A stretch of DNA of 64,000 bases from Tricharina praecox. Taxonomy: Eukaryota. The notes beneath the pieces were generated by a model. That model was not told the origin of the DNA. It saw only the letters and a program-made list of their open reading frames with translations, and ran no database searches. The DNA is taken from positions 1 to 64,000 of the forward strand of contig NW_026250450.1 in NCBI RefSeq assembly GCF_024521635.1, in the 5' to 3' direction. The position numbers and the translations under genes were made by a program. Shown here in pieces: positions 26,916-37,949 of the stretch (within the stretch, counting starts at the first letter, position 1; each line of letters starts with the position of its first letter).

Positions 26916-28178
26916 ATGATCATCGAGGCTGTGTCAGTCCTCGCCATCATCGGCCTCATGTCGATGTGCATCTACAACCGGTACTTCCACCCGTTGTCGG
27001 TGTTTCCCGGTCCGTTCTGGGGAAGCATCACGGACCTTTGATCAGTGCGCGCGTCGTGCAGTGGATCGAGCTGCTGGCGTCGTTCGCGGAGAGCGGCGAG
27101 CTCGTCGACTGGGGCAAGGCCTCGCAGTGGATTGGATACGACGTCATCTCTGAGCTGGTCTTTGGCGAGCCGTTTGGTTTCTCCGTCGCTGGTGAGGATA
27201 AGTATAGCCTGCTGTCCCAGGTCGTCAAGTCTCTTCCGATCGTCGGCCCCCTCGTGAGAATGCCGTACCTCCTCGAGAGCATCGTCAAGATCCCGCTTCT
27301 GAGGGATTGGATCCTCCCCACCCCCTGGGACAAGAACGGCCTGGGTCGCCTGATGGCTTTCCACAACGAGCTGGTCAACGAGAGGATCTCGAAGGAGGCG
27401 AGGGGAGCTTCCGGTGGCAAGCGTGATATCCTAGCGCAGTGCGTCTTCCCTCCTCGTCCACCGCCAGTACTAACCCCCGCAGCCTCCTCGACGCGAAAAC
27501 CGCCTCCGGCACCGCGATCGCACGCGAAACGATCCTATCAGAGACGCTTATGATGCTGATCGCAGGATCCGAGTCGATCGTGTCTTCGATGTGCGCGTTC
27601 CTGATCAACCTTCACCAGCACCCGCGCGTGCACTCGAAGCTGCTCGGCGGCGGCGGGCTCGGCACCGAAAACCTCGAGGCGGTGATCACCGAGACGCTGC
27701 GGTTCTCGCACCCCGCGCCAAACTTCTTCCCGCGCATCGTGGCTACGCCTGTCATGCTCCCGTCCGGACACACTATCCCGAAGGGAACCGAGGTTTCTAT
27801 GAACCCTCACTGCGTCATGCGCGATCGGGACGTCTTTGGAATGGACGCGGACACGTTCCGCCCGGAGAGGTGGCTCGAGGATAGGAAGAGCGTCGGCAGG
27901 ATGGAAATGCTCAATAATATCTGGGTGTACGGCCCGGCTATGTGCCTTGGAAAGTCGGTCGCCAAGCTCAAGATTACGATCGTGTTGCGCGAGATACGTT
28001 CGCCGTGTCCGAATATAATATACGGGTTGCTGACAGCCACTAGCTCCTGACCAACTTCGACATCGAGATGGTCAATCCGGACAAGCCGTGCGCCAGCTTC
28101 AGCAACCACGTGAACATGAACTACGTGGGCATGATGGTCAAGCTGCACAAGCGCGAGGGAGCGATGGCGACTGTCTGA
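26916..28178 (+). pseudogene. Cytochrome P450 pseudogene
   Basis: N-terminal anchor plus YFHPLSVFPGPFWGSITDL, then TGA (27039-27041), a frame change and an apparent large deletion. Motifs YDVISELVFGEPFGF, AGSES, ETLR, FRPERW and a degenerate heme loop WVYGPAMCLG. Intron 27439-27482 is intact; intron 27994-28043 has an AT instead of GT donor. Last exon LLTNFDIE...ATV*. Confidence 0.9.
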
Positions 28179-28415
28179 GGTTTGCAGCAGGCTTGCGTCG
28201 GCTCTGTACCATATCGGTCTGAGATGGTTGGGAGTTTTGGTTAGCGCTGTACTACTATCTGGTCTGCGTGCATTGTGTGCATAAAAGTTTCGCTGCTCAT
28301 CAAATTCGTTTCTATTGCCGTGAAATAACTCGCTATCAGTGAATGGCTGGCTGACTGAATGGCCGGCGTGATCAAACCGGGGAGGTTATCTACCTCACTT
28401 CTCCACCCTGATACT

Positions 28416-29477
28416 TTACGACGTGTCCCGATACCTCCCCAACCTGCCCGGCCTCTCCTCGACCTCTCTGTCTCTCTCCACCACGTCCGCCCCATCCGAC
28501 GACCTTCCCCGCCTAATCATCTCCTCCACCTCTCTATCCCTCTGTCTCTCTCCCTCTCTCTCATCCTCCACCTCCCCCATTACCGGCCTCAACCCCAACG
28601 CCTCCGCCATCTCCAGCACCCACACCCACGGCCTCTCCGTCCCGCCAGGCAGCGCATTAAAGTACTCCCAGCCCGCCACGCCGCCCCCACCGTACTCCCC
28701 CAGCGCCTTTACCGCCCCCCCCACCTCCTCCGTCCCCACCCACCCGCCGGCATTAACGGGATTAGTAACCGTGCCCAGCACCACATCCACGGGATCCCAG
28801 CCGTGATCCCACATGCGCACGACCGCATTCGTATCCCTCACGTCCCCCCAACCGCAATAAAACTGCGCGTTGTACCACGCCACCTCCGCGCCCACCGCTG
28901 CGCGCATAGCACAGTAGTCAAAGCCGCTGATATGCCGTCCGCCGGACAATGCCGTAGCCACGGGCGCCAAAGTGATAATGTACGCCGGGAAATCCCGCCG
29001 TAGCCGCGTGATCAGCCGGATTATCCCCGGAAGCGACATATCCTCCTCCACGTCGAGATCGATCCCGTCCAGCTCCCACGAGACTAGAAACGCGTGCAGC
29101 AGAGCGTAGTAGTACCCCTCCACAGCCCCCCCCTCCCCCTCCTCCTCCACCGCCCCGCCGTCGAGAACAGTAAAACTCCCCCCCGCCGCGCCGCCCAGCA
29201 TGACGAGCACGGTGACGCCCGCGCGGCGCAAGGCGGCGATGTCATCGCGGAGCTCGCGGAACTTTGTCGCCGTCGGCGCGGAGTCGTTAAGCGTTATGTG
29301 TGCGGCGACGGTGGGGGTTGCGGCGTTCAGGTGCACTGCGCCAACGATTACGACGAGGTGCGCGTGGATGTGCGCGGGCACTTGCGTCAGTAGGTGCGTG
29401 AGCCGCACGGGGGTGGAGGTGCCTGGATGGTGGTGCGTTTGCTGGTACAGGACTATGCGCGGGAGGGCGGGTGCCAT
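28416..29477 (-). CDS. GH18 glycoside hydrolase of the CTS3-like / cytosolic endo-beta-N-acetylglucosaminidase (Eng18B-type) group
   Basis: RIVLYQQTHH, MLGGAAGGSF, intact catalytic DGIDLDVEE (DxDxE), IITLAPVATAL, WYNAQFYCGWG, GWEYFNALPGG. No signal peptide. An alternative in-frame ATG lies at 29510. Confidence 0.92.
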   Translation of the reverse strand: MAPALPRIVLYQQTHHHPGTSTPVRLTHLLTQVPAHIHAHLVVIVGAVHLNAATPTVAAHITLNDSAPTATKFRELRDDIAALRRAGVTVLVMLGGAAGGSFTVLDGGAVEEEGEGGAVEGYYYALLHAFLVSWELDGIDLDVEEDMSLPGIIRLITRLRRDFPAYIITLAPVATALSGGRHISGFDYCAMRAAVGAEVAWYNAQFYCGWGDVRDTNAVVRMWDHGWDPVDVVLGTVTNPVNAGGWVGTEEVGGAVKALGEYGGGGVAGWEYFNALPGGTERPWVWVLEMAEALGLRPVMGEVEDEREGERQRDREVEEMIRRGRSSDGADVVERDREVEERPGRLGRYRDTS

Positions 29478-29594
29478 GGCGGGTGGGGGGGGGGGGAAAT
29501 CGAGGATCATGAGGGCGAGCTCCTCTCACCTCACGACCCGCTAAAGACGCAGGGATGAATCCCTGTCGGTGGAATAGCCACCAAAGTGAGGGGG

Positions 29595-29611
29595 AAAAAA
29601 AAATTAAAAAA
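29595..29611 (-). terminator. Pol III oligo-T terminator of tRNA-Ser
   Basis: T6-AA-T9 on the minus strand immediately after the tRNA 3' end. Confidence 0.75.
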
Positions 29612-29612
29612 G

Positions 29613-29710
29613 CGTCAAGGACAGGATTCGAACCTGCGCGCCCGAAGGCATCCGCTGAGCTGTCCAAGGAGAATAGCAGGCGAACGTGTTAACCACTCCA
29701 CCACCTTGAC
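29613..29710 (-). tRNA. tRNA-Ser(GCT) with a 17-nt intron (29657-29673)
   Basis: Acceptor stem GTCAAGG/CCTTGAC with G discriminator; D-loop GAGTGGTTAA; anticodon stem TTCGC/GCGGA around CT-GCT-A with the intron at 37/38; long variable arm GCCTTCGGGC; T-arm GCAGG-TTCGAAT-CCTGT. Confidence 0.95.
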
Positions 29711-30571
29711 TTGATTGGAATGTATGATATTAACCAGTATATACTCTAATTACTTTTGACCGACGCGGGACTCGAGCGCGCACCTCACGCATCACCAAAG
29801 TCGCGCACTCCCGTCCTCCGGAATTTACAGCTGTACGCCACGGAGTAGTAAACAAAAGACTGCAGATTCGACACGAAAGGCAAGTATGTAGTCTATGGAA
29901 CACAGCGAGTACGTGGCGGGCATGACCAGTAATTTAGTTTAGCAAACGGAAGCCTTGGCTTGCATGACTGTCCCTTCCCCGTGCCTCATGAATCATGAAT
30001 GTGAAGATGTTGGGAGTCTTGATTGAGTACATGAACCGTTCCTTTTGATTCTGTTCTACCGTCTACATCGTCGCGATTTGCACGATCTGGCTTTGGATTC
30101 CGAGCCCTCATGTAGGCTGTAGCCTATGACTAAAAATTATGCAGCACTTCGCATAAACGTCGATCATTCACAATTCACTGGAGAGTCTGACTAGACTAGA
30201 CTGGAACACAGGGATGATGGGATAGATCGCCCGCTAACTGAGCTCCCCCGCCCCTGGGCCCCCCTCGCAGTAGTCCTCCCTCTAGCCTCAATTCCGTCAT
30301 ATCCATGATCCATCTATTCTGAGCTTCTGAGCAATACCGTGAATCGCGAACCTTGAACCGTGAATCGTGATGAGTATTTAGGTAAACACATGGAGTGTTC
30401 GCGCGACTCGTCGAACTCCGGACGCGATTGCGATTATCACAGCAGGTAGAATACTACCGCCTCTTAGTATGTAGAGCACATGCGAACCAGTTACCAGTTA
30501 CCATTGGCGTCCCAGCCATCATCCTTCATCCCTCCAACCAGTGCAAACATCTTCGAGATCCCCGCATCCAT

Positions 30572-31604
30572 CTACGCCTTCCACGCAACCCAGCTCACGA
30601 CCCTGCCGCACCTCTGCGCGCCCCTCTCGCCGACCTCCCTTCTAAGATTCCCCACGAGCACCTCAACCTCCTCCTTACTCCAGCCAAGGTACCTAGTCAG
30701 CGGCGCGACCGCCCTGGCCTCCAGCCCCGCCAGTACCACCTCCTTATACAATTTCCCCAGCTCCTTCATCGCCGGCAAGAGCGGCCACTTCCCCACGGGC
30801 ATCCTCCCCCTTCTCTCAGCAACATTAACAAACCCCGCCTCTGTAAGCCACCCGGGGACCTCCTCAGCCACACCCAACCTCCTTCCCGCACGCTCATGCG
30901 CGGCTGCAAGGAGGAGCTCATACTCCCTGCCGACCTCACCCACCGGCGCCATCTCGGCAACCACCTCCGTAACCTCCACGCACCCGCCGTGTCGTAGCGC
31001 CGCGTGCGCCTGCGCCAGCAGCGCGGGCCACTCGCGAATGCTGCCGCTCAGCCCGCGCGCGTGGATGTAGTCGACGGACCCCGGCGCAACCGTCCACGGT
31101 GACTCGAGGTCGTCGATTTCGAAGCTGCAGTTGGAGGGCACCCAGCTCGGCTGGATCGGTGAGAGGTCAATGCCCATGACCGTCGCGGACGGGTAGGCGT
31201 ACGCCGTGTCGATTGCCCACCGGCCTGTACCCGTGCCGAGGTCGAGGATGCGGCGGAGAGGTTTGAGTGTGCTGAGTGGAGCTGTGTAGGTGTCCGTGAA
31301 GACTTGCCGAAGGATGTGGTGGAGGAGGTCGAGGCGCTCTGTTGGGGGGGTGGGGTTAGCGGGGGGACGGGGGAGGGGGAGCGGGAGAGGAGGGACCTTG
31401 CTCGGGCTTGTCGTTTGGGAGGAGGTAGCGGCCGGCGCGGAAGCCGTGGTAGCGTCGGCCATTTTCAAGGATGTGCGTGACGACGAGGGAGTCGAGCGAG
31501 CTTGTCCCCGAGTCGCTGTTCTCGTCGTATGGGTAGCTGTCGCCGTCGGCGTAGCAGGCTGGGTCGACGGCGATAGGGTCGGGCGGGCAGAATATCGACG
31601 CCAT
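30572..31604 (-). CDS. LaeA-like class I SAM-dependent methyltransferase, 324 aa; exons 31604-31397 and 31338-30572
   Basis: ENGRRYHGFRAGRYLLPND..EQERLDLLHH is joined across intron 31396-31339 (GT..GCTAAC..CAG). Motifs ILDLGTGTGRWAID, GIDLSPIQPSWVPSNCSFEIDD, DYIHAR, AGFVNV, PVGKWP. Confidence 0.92.
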
Positions 31605-33084
31605 CGGTGCGTGTCGGGGGTAGGATGGTGGTGGTGGTGGTTTAGGTGGTGGTTTAGGTGGTGGTGAGGTGGTGAGGTGACAGTGAACAGAGGCGGGCAG
31701 AGGCGATGGCTGGGCTATAGATAGAGTAGAGTAAGTAGAGTCTCGCACTGTAGCTATGTAATCTCTTACAATGCTTCCCACCGCTGGGTTACATCCATCC
31801 TAGCCGGGTCTCGTTCCGAATCGACGCTGTAACTGCACAAAGCACGAAGGCGCGTCGTGCGTCATGCACCATGCACGTTTTGGGTGGATGAGTGAGGGCA
31901 CCGTGACGAAACGGAACAGCAGCGGAGCAGAATCGCAGAATGGCTACGTAAGGGATGGCAGGTCGAGGGAGAGAACCGATAAGACGTGGAGATGGGAGGT
32001 GTGCTGCGGCTTTTGGTGGAATGGTGATTGGCCTCGATGGCTGGCCGCATGAAGTTGGTGTTTTCGGTGTGCGGAAGTTGGCCGGGACAACCTGTGCAAA
32101 CGCATGAACGGAAAACGGCCAGATCATGTGCTTGTAGGCTAAGGTTCCCACTGCGGCTCAATCGAGTGTCGGAAACAGTACACGCAAAAGAACACGAAAT
32201 TTGATTCGTTTCTTCACGGTTTTTCTTCTTTTTGTTTTCGCCACTCTGTGCAACCCATTGTGGAGAATACTCATCCTGCACCCACTGGCCCATGGTTGGA
32301 CGGGCACCGGGAGTGGGGGGACTGCCCAGTCCCCAGTCCCCAGTCCGCAGGCTCCAGCATCCATTCTTCAGCCAATGTCCTCCATCCATCCATCATTATA
32401 CTCTATGTATGCAGAGTATCGCGGCTGCCACCCGATTCGCTTCATTTCCGAGCCGAGCGTCCGGTGAGCATCCCGTGAGCGGGGGAGCTAACCCAACCGA
32501 GCACGCGCGACAGCCCCCTTCCTAATCTAGCAACAACCGCGGTATGCGCATGGTTCCGCATGCGGCGTGAAGCATCCGCGTCATCCACTTCTTTCTTACG
32601 ACTTACGATCCGCAGTAAGCTCGCGATCGGATCCTGCGTAACTTGCGTAACCTGCGTAACTTGCGTTTGTCGCGGTTGGAAATTGCAACTTGGAAGTTGG
32701 CCGGCTACCCGGAGGCAGGGAAAAATGTCGAAGGGCGGCGCATGATCCGTTGCCTTGGTCTGGGCTCCTGGAAATGCAGAGTGCAGAACCTGAGTTACTG
32801 CACGAGTACCGACCGAGTCCCGACGGACATGAAAACCGATAGTTTGGCTCCAGGGAGAGCCTAATCACGGCTGCGGGGTATGCATGTTTCGGTTGGGTTG
32901 GGCTCCGTAGACGGCGATGCGCATTGTGCAATATCAAGCCATGGGGCCGATCTTAAGATTGTTGGGAACGGCCTGTCGGGACATGGGGGTGAGCTTGGCA
33001 ACTGGGGGCTGGGCTTGACCCGGCTGTGGTGTCGAGAAAACCTGACGGTGGGAGTGTTGCGGGAGTGTCGCTAGAGTCGCTGGA

Positions 33085-35440
33085 TCAGACATCGTGTCTC
33101 TTTGGAAACATCTATCAAAGCCATGGCTGCTATGGAATCGCATGCGTAGTCGGGGAAGGCGCGAGTGGCGCAGGAGTGTCGCGACGATAGATTAGACGTC
33201 GTGCCTCTTTGGAAACATCCATCGCAGCCATAGGCCATGGTCCATGGCTGCTCTGGCATCCCACACGTATGGCGTCGGGAAAGGTGCGTGATGCGCAGGA
33301 GTGCCGCTGAATCGGACGTCGAGTCTCATTGGATTTTGGAAAACATCCATCGTAGCCATTGCTGTGGTGAAATCCCAGTTTTCTGCTCTATCGGGAGCCG
33401 GGATGAGTGCGTATGGGCGGCACCTACTACACGTAATGCACGGATGTCAGCGTCTGTACTGGTAGGTAGTATTCGATAACCTAGGTATGTCCGAATGCTG
33501 ACCCGTGTCTGGTCCTTTGCGAACAAACGCTGTAGGCTGTAGCCCAAGCATGTAGAGTTCTTCACGAGGTCAGGAATCGGCACGATGTCCGGACTATTGG
33601 GAGATGCATTCGTAGCTTCTTGGGTGGCGAAAACGAATTGAGTGAGGGGCCCGGTGGGCGGCGGGGAGGGGGTATCGGCCGGTGGGTCCGTGGGGGCGGT
33701 GTAGAAGCTCGAATGGACGAGGTATGGGTGTGTGGTAGAGTTGCTGCGCCGCGGCAGCACTGTGCGAGAAGGAAGGTGGTATGCGGGAAAAGTAGTTTCT
33801 ATTCATCGTGGTGGGATTCCTTGCTCGTCAAATTTCAATACTAGGAGTGCGTTCTGCCCACCCACCCACCCACCATGCTCCTCGCTACCCATGCCATGGT
33901 ATTGGATATATTGTCCCTGACTCCCTGCAGCTCATCACCACCGTATTCGGGTGTACCGTCAGATATTACGCCGCAGGCCGCAGGCGGTACCGCCCTTCCT
34001 CGGCGACCAATACCAGGGCTGGACTTGCACCGGCTGCGGTATAGAGCACCCAAGGAAGACGGGAGATGCGCGGGAGTGTCACTCAGTCTTACGTCTATGC
34101 AGTCTCTTTGAACACATCCATCCCAGACCAGACGTCCTACGTAGTCGCTGTTCCGCGGCAGCGGGAGCCATTATGAGTGCGTCTCGGCGGTACTACTCTA
34201 CTTATTGCACAGATATCAGCCTCTGTACCGTGGTATTCGATTGAGTACTTAGATGGGAACGAATGCTAACCCGCTTCTGGCGCTTCGCGAATGAAATCTG
34301 TAGCCCAAGGATGTAGCTTGTAGGAGTTCTTCGTGAGCTCAGGCGTCGGCGCGGATGATCGGGATATGCGTTCGCATACTGGTGAGGAAAAAGAATTGTG
34401 TGTGGGGGCGGCGTTGGAGCTCAAGAGGACGCGGTGTGGGTGTCGGGTAGACCGTAGGGTTGCTGCGCCGCGGGAGCACTGCGCGAGAAGGAAGGTGGTG
34501 TGTGAGAAGATGGTTTCTATCTAGCGTGGTGGGTTGGTTTCCTTGCTCGTCAAATCTCAACACTGGGTATTCAGAGTTCCGCTCACCGACCGCCCACCCA
34601 TCCACCGGGCTCCTCGCTACCTATGCCATGGTATTGGTTATTTCGTCCCTGAATCTCCACAGCCCATGACCACCATATTCAGGTGGACTGCTGTCGGATA
34701 TCAGGCCGCAGGCGTCACCTTACATCCTCCGGCACCAACACCAGGGCTGGACTTGCACCGGCTGTGGCGTCGACGACTCGAGGAAGCAGGGAGATGCGCG
34801 GGAGTTTCGCTAACTTCTACGTCTATGTAGTCTCTGTGGACACATCCATCGCAGACCATATGTAGTCGCTGTTCCACGGCATTGGGAGCCAGAATGAGTG
34901 CGTCTCGACGGTACTACACGTATTGCACGGATGTCAGCCTCTGTGCTTGTAGTATTCAATTAGGTAGAGTATGTACGAATGCTCATTGCTGACCCGCTTA
35001 TACCGGTAGCCCAAGGATGTTGGTGTGCTCTAGGAGCTCGGACGTCGGCGCGGACTATCGAGAAACGCATCCGTATAAAGGTGACAAAAAAGAATTGTAT
35101 GTGGGGGTGCTGTTGGAGCTCGAGAGGACGATGTGCGGGTGTTAGGTGGGCCGTAGAGTTGCTGGGCCGCGGCAGCGATGTGCGAGAATGAATGTGGTGT
35201 GCGAGAAAATGGTTTCTATCCATCGTGGCGGGTTGGTTTCCTTGCTCCTCAATACTGGCCCCGGGGGTAAGTTCTGCCCACCCACTGCACCCACCCACCC
35301 ACCCACCCATCCACCATGCTCCTCGCTACCCATCGCCGTGGTATTAGATATTTCGTCCCTGCAGCCCATCACCACCGTATTCGGGTGGACCGTCGGATAT
35401 CAGGCCGCAGGCGCCACCGCGCTTTCTCCGCCACCAGTAC
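33085..35440. repeat. Degenerate tandem triplication of a ~730-780-bp unit, preceded by short sub-repeats
   Basis: Landmarks TAGCCCAAG.ATGT, GTTGCTG.GCCGCGG, GCGAGAA.GAA.GTGGT, TCCTTGCTC.TCAA, GCTCCTCGCTACC and CAGGCCGCAGGCG recur in units ~33330-34120, ~34120-34850 and ~34850-35440. TTGGAAA(A)CATC sub-repeats at ~33100, ~33210 and ~33335. Confidence 0.85.
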
Positions 35441-36646
35441 ACCAACACCAACAGCGAGGCTACCTGTGCCATGAACGGGGACTCCGACACCTGTCACTTC
35501 CCACACGCCTATGCTCTCCCCCTCCGAGGCTCCGCGATATTTCGACTGAGACGATCAACACCCCCACCACACCTCCGCCTGCGTCTCCTGGACCTACGAT
35601 CTACCCCACGAATGCTATCGCAAATTGATGCCGGTTGCAACGACTCAGACGACCAGAAATATTACCAGGAAGAACCAAGCTTCGACGGTGCCCAATTGAT
35701 CGCATGCCGGTATTCCCCACGGTTGCTTCGGCGACACCGACATACTGACGTGAACCAGATACGGTATTCGACGGGATTAAGTTCCCATCCGAACTTTGCT
35801 TCATCGTCTCTCCTCGCTTCTTCACTACGCAACGCCACGCGGCAACCTCCTCCTGGCCGAATCCCTACCAACTCACAGAACGTTGCGTCCGCAGCCAGTC
35901 ACTCGCTTCCAAATTACAACCAAATCTCTCGAAAAGCCCCAGACTCGCGGGCAAGCAGATTCCGTGCTGGACGAACAGCAACGAATGCAACATAGCAAAC
36001 AGTCGAGTAGGAGAGCAGAGTATCTCTGCGGGAGGTTCTGGAGTGGACGTCGCGGAAAACGGTGGGTGGGTGGCATAAACCCTCTCGATTCTCGAAGGTC
36101 ACCGAGAATCAATCGAGTCGTCTATACCAATATCAACACCCGGCGCGGCGGTGCCGTGGGCGATACAATATCGTTATGTACCATTGTCAAGCGCGCCCTG
36201 GGATTGAAAGCTGCTAAGTTAGGCGGACAGCGTGACGACCTGGGCGGTTAAGGCGATAGAAAAGCTGAGCAGGCAGTACTCGATCAGAAGTCTGCTGGGT
36301 TGATAGGATAGAATATCAAGTCGGCTACATGCAGTGGCCGTGAACACCTGGAAAACGTATATCCAGATATCCCGGATAGTTATATTCCATTCTCTTAAAG
36401 GTAAACCCATGATTGTGTCATAATTTTAATGGTCCCAGACCCCGGACGTTCACCGAGCTTCTTCGATCAATTAGAATGTACGTGCAACAGAATGGTTTGA
36501 GTTTCAAAGTACTTAGATAGAGCTGTCAGGAAGATATTATACATGGCTGCATTTGGTCATCGGCCTGGGATTGCCTCAATTGAAGAGAACTCGATTTGAA
36601 TTTACACTGTAATATGAAAGAGGGCCGATAGCCTGAATCCGCCAGC

Positions 36647-36825
36647 AAACAGAAAAGTAAACAGAAAAGTAAATAGAAAAGTAAACAGAAAAGTAAACAG
36701 AAAAGTAAACAGAAAAGTAAACAGAAAAGTAAACAGAAAAGTAAACAGAAAAGTAAACAGAAAAGTAAACAGAAAAGTAAACAGAAAAGTAAACAGAAAA
36801 GTAAACAGAAAAGTAAACAGAAAAG
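36647..36825. repeat. 12-bp minisatellite (AAACAGAAAAGT) x15
   Basis: Near-perfect array with one C>T variant; a degenerate ~4-copy version lies at ~37024-37072. Confidence 0.95.
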
Positions 36826-37949
36826 AACGCACCCTGAGATCATCCTAATAGAAACCGAGCCCTGAAAGATCCGTCCTCTTGCTTCTCCTCGTTCGCCCCC
36901 AAATCTGGATAACTCCTCCACCCACCCAGCATGGATGGCGAGAGGGGTTTTAAGACGGTCTTCCGGAATCGCTGGGAAACCGGGGCCCGCCCCAAATGCG
37001 CAGGATGAGACACAATCCGGCAGTAAAACAAAAACGTAAACGGAAAAGTAAACAGAAAAGTACACAGAAAAGAACACACCCTGAGATCCTCCTAACAAAA
37101 ACCGAACCCCCAGAGATCCGCCCTCCTCTATCTCCTCCACCTCCCCTCCATCTCCTCCACTTCCACCTTCCCCCCAGCTCCTCCAGCTCCTTCTCCTCCA
37201 CCTCTCCTCACCCACCATCTCTGGTGGTACCAGTCGAGACTGATTTTCCGGTATTGCCGGGCATCGGGGCGTGCCCCGGTCGTCTTCGGGTAGCTTCTTG
37301 CCTACGACAGGGCTTATAACGAGCTCGATGTTTCCGTCTTTCTCACCGATAGTGACGTCCTTCAGCCCGTTTGCCGCATACAAAACCATTCGGGCCGTGC
37401 GTGATGATCGGCCGGCGTAGATATAGTCGCCGAAAAAGGCGATGCTGATAGAGTCAGCGCCCAGGATGTTCGTCATTGTCAGCACGGGCTGGCTGAGCTG
37501 GAACGTTCCTCCGGGGTGTAACTGAGCAGCTTCGGCTGCATCAGGCCCTGCAATGCTCTCGAATTCGAAGCTGTACGACTCGGGTACAGCCGAGCCCAGA
37601 GAACATGCCGGGCCTCCAGTTGGCCCCGAGGGCAAACTATCGCTGGGCTGCTGAAGGTCAGAGACGCTCTTTAATGAAACATGGCGAAGGCGGTGGGGAC
37701 GGATTATGGAACAGGCTTACCTCGTTTTGGTGTTCTGGAACCGAGGAGACCATTTCTTCTTCCTTCCCTTCCGGATCCGGTGTGCTGGTAGGGACGAAGA
37801 ATATTGCGCTGCTCTGCCAGGATATCCTCCACCCTGTGTCTCTTCTCGCTACAGCTGCGGGGACTGTGCCTAGTGGCATTCCTGAAGGTGTCGGCGACCT
37901 GTTGGTCTGACTGCACCAACCGTAGTTGTTGGTGACTCGTGAGAAGGCT

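Noticed and set aside
26916..31604. Secondary-metabolite cluster (P450 plus methyltransferase), or RiPP tailoring genes for the precursors
   Set aside because: The P450 is dead, no PKS/NRPS/terpene synthase or DUF3328 gene was seen, LaeA-like genes are common singletons, and the precursors are about 9 kb or more away
36526..37635. 369-aa ORF ending in (CLLF)n, resembling a membrane protein
   Set aside because: The C-terminal part is open only because of the minisatellite and purine tract; the first ~110 codons may be an exon relic but were not recognised
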